A stretch of 59,959 nucleotides of DNA, the filler included, from Basidiobolus ranarum (lineage: Eukaryota), in the NCBI GenBank assembly GCA_040143965.1. It is 5 parts of 5 records of this genome, joined end to end, with 100 filler letters (N's around TTAATTAATTAA, not from the genome) between each part and the next. Parts side by side here need not be neighbours in the genome. Positions count along the whole stretch, not along the records: positions 12,052 to 23,972 come from JASJQH010007453.1; positions 24,073 to 35,984 come from JASJQH010007454.1; 3 more parts are not named here. The stretch is one strand, 5' to 3'. This document shows, piece by piece, positions 12,621-27,786 of the stretch (the stretch's first letter is position 1; the number at the start of each line of letters is the position of its first letter). The notes beneath the pieces are model-generated. The model ran no database searches. It was not told where the DNA came from and worked only from the letters and a program-made list of their open reading frames with translations. The position numbers and the translations under genes were made by a program.

Positions 12621-13852
12621 CTATTTTTGACGTTGGGCGACGTATTCCTTCAGCTTATCTCCACCGAACACCATACAAGTCTGGGAATAAGTAAATTAGC
12701 TTAAAAATTACTAGGAATCGTTCATAAAACATATATATACTCACTGTTAGATATACACTAAGTCCCACTCTAGGCGTAACTCCACGATAGAATCCTTTGA
12801 GGCCATTACGTTCGTATATATACTTAGCTGCGGTCCAAATGTTTAGTTTATCGGGTCTTCCAGCTGCTTTTACTTGACTCTGTAGTTCTACTCGAATCAC
12901 CTCGATCGGTTGATTCCAACAGGCTAAGGCACCTCCAACAACCGAGGCTAAATAAGGAATTGATATGGGTTAGATAAACCCTTACCAAGGAAGAATTCAC
13001 ATCCTACTTACACATAATTTTCTCAGCATTAGTTAAATCTCTATTTCTATCCTTATTACGAATGAGTGATTCGGTGATACGAGAGATACCTAGATGAAAA
13101 CTAGCCGATCAATACTCGGAACAAGTTTAGACAAACCAAATATAAGTGAACGTACCAAATCTGGAGCCCCAGTTGGTCATTTGTCGAAGTGCTACAGCTG
13201 AAACTCCTTTGTTTAGTCCAATAATCCCCTCTCGTTTAAAAATTCCATATGCTATATCAAGGGAAGACGTCGAAATTCCCGGATTCTTTTGTCTTGTAAC
13301 TTCAACAGTTTTCATAAAGGTACAAAATCCCATAGTAGTATAGGCTTGGAAGACTCCTCCACACATGCCACCAATGACACCACTAAGTACTGGGGAAGCT
13401 CCCAGCTTTCTACAATGATATTCAATTTCTGAAGAAGAAAAAAGGAGTACTCCACCTTTAGTAGAAGACTCGATCCAAGCCCACTAGATAGTATATAATA
13501 AGAGTTTAGAACACATGATGTTTCTTCAGTTTAAAGGGAGGGATATGCACCGGAATCAGTCCTTGGTAGAAACCCGCTATTCCACCCCGTTGATAGATTT
13601 TCTTTAGAGAAGTAGGAAGTGTATCCTGTCTGTGTGCTAAAATGACAAGAAAAGGTCTCTTCTGGTCAATACAGGCGAGCTAGTGACTGATAGAAAGTAG
13701 GGTTACGAACCGGCCATATGGGTTTTGACTACTTCAAAGGGCTGTCCTAAAGTGGACACCTCAAAAGTCTGAATGAGGGCACCCAGACCGATATTTGTCC
13801 ATGAGACAGGCTTCTTCGAAAGAGGGTTTGCTTCGACTGTCGTAGTTGGCAT
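12621..13852 (-). CDS. YHM2: Mitochondrial carrier, citrate/2-oxoglutarate carrier Yhm2-like
   Basis: Spliced translation ...KKPVSWTNIGLGALIQTFEVSTLGQPFEVVKTHMA...WAWIESSTKGGVLLF...QAYTTMGFCTFMKTVEVTR...ALRQMTNWGSRFG...WNQPIEVIRVELQS...GFYRGVTPRVGL. These are Yhm2 signature blocks. Confidence 0.9.
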
Positions 13853-15047
13853 GCTCGAGGTTCGGTTTCTCTAGAGTTATCAAGTCCACTTGATTATACA
13901 ATATAGATCATGAATAGTATATAAATGCTAGTGAATCTTTATGGAGAATGATTGGAGTTCACAATACACCCAATGTTGATTTCTTGGCTCATACATCAAT
14001 ACTGATCTAGACAAGCCGTGACTTGGACAATGACTGATTGATTGTCCATTTTTGCTCGATTTCTCATATTTTGACGGTAATGATATCCTGGCCAGAGGAT
14101 TTGCCAATGGCATATATCCCAGGATGTCGGTAATGATTGGTGCCGAGTGATACCAATTCGAAGTAAATATTGAGCAGTGAAAATTTATTATTATCTTCGA
14201 AGAGCAGTAGATGGCTAAGGCCTGGAAAGTAAATCAGTAGATGAAGCAACAGAACTCCGAATATGTGGCTTAGCAAGACAACGAAATATCAACAAATATT
14301 ACGACAGAATCAACCGATGAGTGTTGCACTGTATTTCAGCATCTGATGCAACACCATCAGAATCGAAATTGGGATTGACTACAAACGTAACGTTTCTCAA
14401 AGTGGAAGTTACCGGAAGAAATTTCCTTATTTTGCTAGATAGTTTAGGGAAAAGTAGAGTGTTGTGAAGTGAAGCTACAGCGACTATGTTGGTGAACGTT
14501 TTTATTGATATTAACCGAACGATGTGTCTCGGTTATTTCGAACTAGCATATCCGGTCTTTGAACTGTGGCGCAAAGGATGGTGGAATGGATATTTATGGT
14601 GAAACAGGTAGTAATCATATAATAGAATATTCAGCATGTAAATCGCTTATCAAAAACAAGATATGGGAAGAAATGTGACAGTTTAAAGTGAATCAAAACA
14701 AAAGGAATATCTTACTAAGATAGGATAAAGGCTATTTTTGTGATACTGAAGAGTAAATATGAGAGGCGGTGATGGTGTGTGCGAGTTGATGTAGTGTGTG
14801 TGCAAGAAAAAGAGTGGAATACAGAGAATCAAAATGAAAAGGGGTGAACTAAATAGACAAGTGTGACATTTTCAAAAGTTTTTTGGTTTTTTGTCGGTCA
14901 AAAAGAGAAGTACGGGCGAAGGAGAGAAAGATCAATTCAAAAAACTGACAGAATTATTAGTAAACAATGATCAAAGGATGTAACATTTAAGGAGCAAAAC
15001 TAGGTTCGGAGTTTGAAGGTACACACAAATAAAAAGGCAAGACAGGT

Positions 15048-16670
15048 CTAATTTTTACATACAAAGTGGCCAGCAGCATTAGTTCCAGTTAAACCAGAGA
15101 TAGAGAGATTGCCGAACGAACTGTCAAGCGAATCCTCCAACGAGTTTGAGATACCCGAGTCGGTGTCAGAGTCAAATTCCTGCCAATCGACCTTCCAGTC
15201 TTCTTTGCTGGGAGGCTTGGTGCAGAAGAGCTGGGGATGTTGGATGGCTACCGCAGGATTAAGCATATTGAAATCTACTTGTTGTGGGAACACCCTGCTC
15301 GACAGTGAATATGCTTCTTCGAAGTTCTTATCAGCTTGAGGCGTCAAATGCTTGCCAGGCATAGGGAATGGTTCTTCCACCCCTCTCAAAGGTCCCGAGC
15401 TATGAAATATCTTTGGGCGATAGCTAGGATCCTTTTCCATAACACTCGAGTTGCGGAATTTTTCAATAAGAGCCATCTTGCCCTGGATATTGGCATATGA
15501 GAGGTGGCAAATCTTATCCGAGTTGAACTTGCTCCACTTGCGTCCCACTCGAGTCTCGATGAACGAGAGAACGGCATTCACATTAATGAAATTGATGAAT
15601 GCATATCCAACATTACAGTGATTCTTGAAATCCATACGCAGATAGACAAAGTCGTATTCGCCTTTCTGTGTCTCATCTAGACATTCAAGTAGCATTTTTT
15701 GGGTGTAACGATTGGGGATATTACGGATCATGAAGGTGGTTCGGTTGTCATATCCATTGGCGATTTTCCAAACGTCAATCTGATTACGTGAAGGCACTAT
15801 CTTCTCATTGGGCTCAACACTCCCATAGCCGGCACTGACATGTCTATTAGGGGTCATAGGAACAACAGGTGGTTGAGGCTTGGGGACCGGGGTCGACCAA
15901 CTCCAGTTGGACGACATAAATTGGTCAGATTGATTTGGAGTTCTTTGGGAAGAATGATTATATTCCGAAAACTGTGATGGATGAGGCAAAAACTCCGCAT
16001 TCCCATTGGATTCTTCGTTGAGAAGTCGAAATGTCGAGGCGTAGATATCCGAATCAAAAGCTTGATGGTACTTGGGTGAATTGTTGGATGCAGCGCGAGA
16101 AATGACAGCATTGTGTAGCGACTCATTCCACTTCATGCTGTTGGATCTACGAACTGGCTTGCGGTTCATTCCAACCTCTGCGCCACTTGACGCATATGGA
16201 TTGCGCTCCAACTGATTTGGAGCTTCATACCTATTAAACACTGGATCACTATCAAACAATCTCGAGTGCCAATCCTGATGAGAAACCGGAGCACTGGCCA
16301 TTAATGATGGTTGAGACCAAGGTCCGGAAGTGGTAGATGCAAAGTGAGCAGCAGGTTCGTAGACATTCATATGCTCAGAAGCTGTATAATTGTCAAATAT
16401 GGACTTGTTTGGCGAGCTGCTTTGACCACCTCTGCTTTTTTGCTAGAAAAAATATTCTCATATTAAAACACTGGTTAAACAAGAGATACAAGTGGATGGT
16501 TGCTTTACCTCAAGTTGTCCACGGAAAGAATCGGCAAGACTCCCAGAGTCGTGCTCACGGTATAGTGACCGAGGTTTGGCGGTTCTAGAGTTGAAGCCAA
16601 CTTGATTGGGAGAATTATCAGAAACTTCCTTGTTGGTAACACTAAAAGCGTCAGGGGCGGAAACTAGCAT
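15048..16670 (-). CDS. Mei2-like RNA-binding protein carrying only the C-terminal RRM (RRM_2)
   Basis: DNRTTFMIRNIPNRYTQKML...YDFVYLRMDFKNHCNVGYAFINF...KWSKFNSDKIC.LSYANIQGK.ALIEKFRNSSVM matches Mei2 RRM3. Upstream exon 16509-16670 joins in frame through intron 16443-16508. Confidence 0.85.
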
Positions 16671-18953
16671 GTTATTTACTGAATGTGCAGAGAAAAATCC
16701 AACAGAGAGTGCGATAATGAGGTGATGCTTTGAATGTCAGAGACAGAGTGCGATGTACAACCAGCAATCAGCGACAAGGGAGAAAAAATAGAAAGCAACC
16801 GAAAGGTTCAGCAAAGACTAATTGAGTAAGTACTCCCCAGGTGAGAATAGAACGAAAGACAGATTAAAGCCAATATCAAAACTTGACAAGAGTTCGTCAA
16901 CAGAGATGGCGGTTTGGTTGCAAAAACTTATTGCAGGTAAAGATTGTTACTCAAAAATCCGAAAGTGGAATAGGCTAGCTCGTGATAACGAATAGTGGCG
17001 AAAAAAAATTACGGAGCGGTTGGAGATTTTATAGTGGGGAGACAAGTGGGGAAGTGAATTGGTTGTTGTGATATATGCGTTAATATAAGTGACTATAGAA
17101 TGGTCAACTCTATCTCTCCTCAATCATTCATTGATCGGTCAACTAATGTTACTCAGTAGCAACGTATATGTCATTGTAAATATTCTGATCCAACAATAAT
17201 CGCTTATTGTGATGATTCTGAAATGGATGTGGAACAAAAGGAAGTGGGGGTCAGGATGAGCAGGATGATTAGAATTAGAATTGTTTGTTGGTGGTGATAA
17301 TACAAAAGTAGGGAGATGGCGGATCCAGAACACAACATTAGCTTTCTTTGCCTCTTCTGGAAAGGATTTGAGACCAGTCGAATCACAGACACACACATAT
17401 ATATATGCGCTGCTAAATCAAATGGAGCTTCTATTGGGAATGATGAATCAAATTTGCAGCAAGAGAAAACAGCCTTTTGCTGAGCTTATCTGACTGGGAA
17501 CTGCATCAACGAACAAGACCTCAGCCAGATTCTCAAAACAAAGAGATAAATTGGCAATTAGGAATCTTGATCCTTGTCTCGAATAATGGTAACATGGATA
17601 AACACAATCAGGAGAGGAAGGGCGAAGGGAGGACGAGGGGTGGATGGGATGGTGGATCGATACGCTGCATAAGGCCGGAGAAAACAATGACGGGAAGCTG
17701 TCTCTTTGTGCTTCAATTCGACCAATTCCACTCCAGCCTTTCTGATGAGCAAATGCCGCTTAAAGAGCCGAATGCTTTGCCAATTAGGCTTTGGACCATT
17801 GAGCGCGCATGAATGTATTTCTTTGAATCAGCCGACATGGTGCGCCTCCCTGAATAGCAATATACAGACAAGCCATTAAACTCAGGGGTGTTATGAGGTG
17901 TTTAAATCACCCTTAGGCTCAAACACAGGAGAGAAAGCCCCTGTCTTTATATGGAATATGGGTGTGTAGAAGGGGTATGCATAGCGATTACCAGCATGAA
18001 CAGCTGAGAGACTTTGTTGACGTTGACAAGCAATCGTGAATAGGGTATTTGCAGATCTCGATAGTAAATGCTAGCTTGCATAGCTAAGCTACGTTTTCAA
18101 GTCCAGTTTTAATTGGGCTTAGACCACATATATTCCACCGTTCATGTTGCTCGGTTCACACGATCTAAGTCCGAGAGAGCCCGCCAATAAATTACTGCCA
18201 TTGTGCGCTGTATCGCTGTATCAGAGCGCTGACCCTATTGTCATGTGTTATTGCCGGCACCAGGGTCATTGTTTCATCCAGATGAATGTTTCCAGCTGAA
18301 CAACCATCTGCTCTCAACAAGCCAACGTGAGAAACACTAAATCTCTTGAATTTGCTCTAGACATGTGCCATCTCAAGATTGGTTGATATGACTCAACAAA
18401 TGCTCGATCCCAATGACCTCGATTCCGAGTTGGGATCTGGCATTCCCTAACTCGCTTTATTGCGGCAAGTAACAAGTTGGGAATATCGAGTGTGTTCTTT
18501 GATTCACGCTTAAGGAAGCATTACGTTGCCTTGTTTGTCCTACAAGTCTCCATTGCGGCATTATTTGCCAGGAAGCAAGTAGCGAGTAAGTGATCAACCA
18601 CTTCCAAACTGGGCAATGCAAGCCGAATGGAATCTTTATTGTTGGGAAAGGATCGATATACTGGGAGATGTACTGGGACGTAGCGATCCCATTGTTCGAA
18701 AATACACTAATTGATGAAATGTATATTATACTGAGCTTTATCTAATCATAGAGCCCCAAGTCGGACAAATCGGCCATCTAACCAATATAGTATGGCCAAT
18801 TTAGATGGCACTCGTACGCTTTCGTACGCTTCGAACGCTAGCCGTAGCTCCCACTCGGATCAGTGTTTTCAATTTAGCCCACGGCACAGGCCCAATCACC
18901 GTCTGCGACACAACAACAATGGATGAATCAACTTAGACAACAATGTGTAAATT

Positions 18954-19023
18954 AAGCTCATGGTGTAGTAGGAATACTAGTGATAATCAAGCTCATGGTA
19001 TAGTAGGAATAATAGTAACAATC
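18954..19023. repeat. Imperfect 35-bp tandem repeat (two copies, with a partial third just downstream)
   Basis: aagctcatggtgtagtaggaatactagtgataatc followed by aagctcatggtatagtaggaataatagtaacaatc. Confidence 0.85.
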
Positions 19024-19594
19024 AATAATAAGCTCCATGATTCCACACAATCACAAAGCTCGTGTTCAGCCAGCAATGGAGTATTTGGCATAGCATAGAT
19101 TCACAGATCACGGGCAATGCAACCAATTGGTTCAGGCTCATTCCAATCTGCTTCAACGCTGAGTTTTCAATCACCTCTTCCTATCTGAAAGTGAATGACT
19201 GGGCACCCTATACGAGGTAACATTCAAAACCATCTGAAAAATAGTATAAACTATATTGTGTACTGCATCGAAAGTACGCTAAATTCCCGTCAATCTTCAG
19301 TATATTTTTTCATCAGCGACAAAAAAAGCTCCTTCAAATTTGCTTGCATCATTTGGATTTCATCTATTTCGCAAATTCAATCAATTTGCAAGTACTGATA
19401 TAGTTCGTGATATTCTGGCTCATAGCCTCGTGTATTGCAGTAGTGCGCGTAACTTGTTTTCTTATCAAGTATCTTCAATTACTAAAGATTGTTCAAAAAG
19501 AGATAGTTGTAAAGTGTGTTTGGTCATCGCTTATCTCCACAATCCATTAAGTGAAAAGCTGTGTATAATTTAATTCAAGTGGAATCTGAGCAAC

Positions 19595-23972
<4,378 letters not shown>

Positions 23973-24072
23973 NNNNNNNNNNNNNNNNNNNNNNNNNNNN
24001 NNNNNNNNNNNNNNNNTTAATTAATTAANNNNNNNNNNNNNNNNNNNNNNNNNNNNNNNNNNNNNNNNNNNN
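23973..24072. other. Artificial contig linker
   Basis: N44-TTAATTAATTAA-N44. Confidence 0.99.
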
Positions 24073-24405
24073 GTAATCAATATAATTCTTGCATCTGCTA
24101 AATTCACCAGTTGGGTCAAAAATTAATTTCGCTAACAAATATCGTATTTTCATCAAAAGTTATCGAAGCATCTAAGCTCTCGTTAATAACCGAAAGGTGC
24201 CCCACAACATAACCATCCGCAGTTGCAATTTCGATAAACTAAAACGTATCGAATAATTCATCGCACCGCAGTTATCAACAAAGAAAATATTGATATCTCT
24301 GGAGGGGGGTACCCATGAAGAGCTGAGATAGTCATTATATATTTAGTGTATTAAAAGCTAACGAGAATACCATTCTCTGGTATCCGTTCTAGCCTCGCTG
24401 TATAC

Positions 24406-25203
24406 ATGTCAAACTCTTCACCAGATATCACTTCTTCCTCCTTTAAGCCAGTCGTTCTATATGAACTTGTAAGTGGCGAGGATCGTAGCCGTTACTTCTC
24501 TCCAAATACCTACCTAACACGCATGACTCTTGGCTATAAAGGAATTCCTTTTGAAGTGGTACCTCTAACCCTAATTGAGGTATCGGAAAAGATCCCTAAA
24601 GTGTTAAAATCTGCATCTAATGTTCTCGGCTTACCATCTGGCGTTGTAAATACTGTTCCAGTCATCCACGACCCAAATACCGACACTATGGTGCAGGATT
24701 CATGGCGTATTGCCCAGTATCTTGATGAGACCTATCCCAAAAAGCCTATTTTACATAATCAACCCAATATACAGCTTCTGCTTCACGATCTCATTCGAAA
24801 AGACCTGCTTTATGTGGCCATGCCATTGATAATCCTTGATGCTTTTTCCAAATTCGATCAACCCAGTGCAAAATACTTCCGTGAGACACGCGAAAAGATA
24901 TTCGGAAAATCATTGGAAGAATTTGCAGTGAAGGATGCTGACGGTCAAAAAGCCATTCTATCTAAATTACGCCAAAACCTCGTACCATTTAGAGAAGCCA
25001 TCAAGCGAAGTGGAGGATACCTTTCTGATAAAGTTAATGTCAGTCATGTTGACTTCTTCTTGGCTGGAATGATGACTATGGTTAACTATGGAAATGTTGA
25101 CTGCTTCAGGGATATTTTTTTGACACTTGAGGATGGTACACATGATAACACCATGCAAGATTTCTTTTTAAGCATGCAAAATTTCGTCGAAAAGCCGAAT
25201 TGA
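24406..25203 (+). CDS. Glutathione S-transferase, GSTFuA / LigE beta-etherase-like class, copy 1 (intronless)
   Basis: FSPNTYLTRMTLGYKGIPF, TVPVIHDP...VQDSWRIAQYLDETYP and YFRETREKIFGKSLEE are hallmark blocks of this GST group. Confidence 0.85.
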   Translation: MSNSSPDITSSSFKPVVLYELVSGEDRSRYFSPNTYLTRMTLGYKGIPFEVVPLTLIEVSEKIPKVLKSASNVLGLPSGVVNTVPVIHDPNTDTMVQDSWRIAQYLDETYPKKPILHNQPNIQLLLHDLIRKDLLYVAMPLIILDAFSKFDQPSAKYFRETREKIFGKSLEEFAVKDADGQKAILSKLRQNLVPFREAIKRSGGYLSDKVNVSHVDFFLAGMMTMVNYGNVDCFRDIFLTLEDGTHDNTMQDFFLSMQNFVEKPN

Positions 25204-25259
25204 TGGTTACTGTTGAAATCGCACTCTTACTGATGATTCAAGAATGTAAATTCACCAAT

Positions 25260-25700
25260 TCTATTCTTTTCAAATGCATATCAAACACACCGGACTCTTG
25301 GCTATAAAAAATTCCTTTTGAGACGGTACCTTTAACCCCAATTGAAGTATCAGATAAAATCCCTGATGTATTAAAATCCGCATCTAATGCTCTTAGCCTA
25401 CCATCCGGCGTTAATTGTACCGTTCCAGTCATCCACGACCCTTGATGAGACCTATTCTCAAGAGCCTATTTTACATAATAAACCTAATATACATCTTCTG
25501 CTTCATAATCTCATTTGACCTTATCATAATCCTCCTCTTTCTGCTTTAAGCATGATTGCTTACAAATAGGCATTCACTGAGGCTTAACTGTAATAACTAT
25601 AGTTAATCATGAAATGGTGATTGTGAATAAACAATAAACTGTTGAATTCTTAAAAATTCTCTTTGTCTTATGAAATCTGATTTCATACGTTGTCATAATG
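25260..25700 (+). pseudogene. Internally deleted third GST copy with retained 3' flank (boundaries approximate)
   Basis: Matches GST coding sequence (ctcttggctataaa...gttccagtcatccacgaccc|ttgatgagacctat...cttcataatctcatt), with a frameshift and two deletions near 25441 and 25515. It then continues as sequence similar to the 3' flank of copy 2 (26930-27100). Confidence 0.85.
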
Positions 25701-26105
25701 CTACTCGTGCATATGGAAGATCTGCTACCTTAAGAAGAGAACTGAAGAAATTTTTACCTAGTTTACTATAAAGGTAAAAGTAACTCTGACCAACAAATAT
25801 CGTATTTACAACAGATCTAAACGAGATGTTAAAGGTTTCGCTAATAACTGAAAATGTGCATCTCAAAATGGCAAGTTCTCAGCGATCTTCCGCAGTTGCA
25901 ACTCCAATATTCGGCTTTTGATGTACTAAAACGTTACAATAAACTCTGCAGTCATCAGCAAAGGAAAATATTGGAACCCTATGAATAAATACCAATGAAA
26001 ATCTAAGACATCGCTTACGTTGCAAGAGTTCTTAGGGCTACGGACCCTTCGAATGAGGTATATATTTGGCGTATTTCTGACTCTTAAAATCATCTTTTTT
26101 TATTC

Positions 26106-26903
26106 ATGTCAACCAAAACTCAGGACATGATTTCTTCCTCATTTAAGCCAGTAGTTCTATATGAGCTTGTAGCCGATGATGATCATGGCCGTTACTTCTC
26201 TCCAAATACATATCAAACGCACCTGGCTCTTGGCTATAAAGGAATTCCTTTTGAGGTGGTGTCCTTAACCCTAATTGAGGTAACGGAGAAGATCCCCGAA
26301 CTATTAAAATCCGCATCTAATGTTCTTAGCTTACCATCTGGCGCTGCTTCTACCGTTCCTATCATCTACGACCCAAATACCGACACTATGGTGCAGGATT
26401 CGTGGCGTATTGCCCAGTATCTTGATGAGACCTATCCCAAAAAGCCTATTTTACATAATCAACCCAATATGCAACTTCTGCTTCACGATCTCATTCAAAA
26501 GGACCTGCTTTATGTAGCTTTCCCAATGATATTGCTTGATGTCTTTTCCAAACTCGATCAACCCAGTGCAAAATACTTCCGTGAGACACGCGAAAAGATG
26601 TTTGGAAAATCATTGGAAGAATTTACGGTGAAGGATGCTGACGGTCAAAAAGCCATTGTATCTAAATTACGCCAAAATATCGCACCGTTTAGGGAAGCTA
26701 TCAAGCGAAGTGGAGGATACCTTTCTGATAAAGCTAATGCCAGTCATGCCGACTTCTTTTTGGCTGGAGTTATGAATTTGGTCAACTTTGGAAAAACTGA
26801 CTACTTCAGGGATATGTATTTGACACTTGAGGATGGTACACAAGACAACACCATGCAAGATTTCCTTCTAAATATGGAGACTTTTGTAAAAAAATCCAAC
26901 TGA
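26106..26903 (+). CDS. Glutathione S-transferase, GSTFuA / LigE-like, copy 2 (intronless)
   Basis: 265 aa, colinear with and closely similar to copy 1, with the same FSPN, DSWRIA.YL and YFRETRE motifs. Confidence 0.85.
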   Translation: MSTKTQDMISSSFKPVVLYELVADDDHGRYFSPNTYQTHLALGYKGIPFEVVSLTLIEVTEKIPELLKSASNVLSLPSGAASTVPIIYDPNTDTMVQDSWRIAQYLDETYPKKPILHNQPNMQLLLHDLIQKDLLYVAFPMILLDVFSKLDQPSAKYFRETREKMFGKSLEEFTVKDADGQKAIVSKLRQNIAPFREAIKRSGGYLSDKANASHADFFLAGVMNLVNFGKTDYFRDMYLTLEDGTQDNTMQDFLLNMETFVKKSN

Positions 26904-27786
26904 TACTTAGATTCCCCTAACCCAATTCCTGACCCTATCATCATCCCCATCTTCTTGCTTAAGTATGATCATAATCCACTCAAGCTTAGTTCTGGTAGTA
27001 TTATCAAATAATTATTCATGAAATGAGCTGCTTGTGAATAAATACGCAACTATCAGAAAAGACAGGGTTCCCGAGGATGCTGAATTTCACATATCGTCAT
27101 AATAATTCCCCGAGTCAATTTGTATGGACCAAGTGCAATGAACGTTCCTAACAATTCGTGGTATATTGAGCTCAATGATATTTCATTGGCAAGTTACTTG
27201 CATTAAGAGTTTGTGGTCAAAGATTTTAGATAGCATAGCAAGTATTAATGCTATTGATTTCAAGTAGTATTTAATGGCCAAACTCCATCCGACCATTCAT
27301 ATCTTCCATGATAAAGGCCTAGTCAGCATGGTGGTGGGTACCATGGAGTGGGTATAACCGCTACAGGTACTCAGCCAGTCTTGTAGCAATCCAAATTGCC
27401 GTTATGGTATATTCAGGCATAGGATGTCTCAAATATAGTCAGTGTGAGCCGAACAAGTGCTTCCTGAAGGTGTATCATCCTGATTATCTTGCTTAGGCAT
27501 TCAGGTCGGATGTTTATTTGGAAGTGTATGGATCCACAAGTGAACGTCAATCGACCAGCAGAAACGATTCCTTCTACTCCATGATATTTATTTAACGCAA
27601 TTGGTTAGATTGCTGATATTTTCTATGGTCTGGATCTTGATTCGGCGATGGCATTATGGTATGTGGAATCCCCAATCAACCCACGGATTAAGAACAAACA
27701 GAAAATCGGTATTTCAGAGTGATGAATGAAACCACTAACAAATAGGAGCATTATTTCCAAATAAGGGCAACAGGATATTCAGATGC

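Noticed and set aside
18954..19040. CRISPR-like repeat
   Set aside because: Adjacent imperfect copies with no spacers, no cas genes and a eukaryotic context.
25201..27010. Stop-codon readthrough creating cryptic PTS1 tails on the GSTs (also checked for the SDR)
   Set aside because: No TGA-CTA context, and the extensions do not end in an SKL-like tripeptide.
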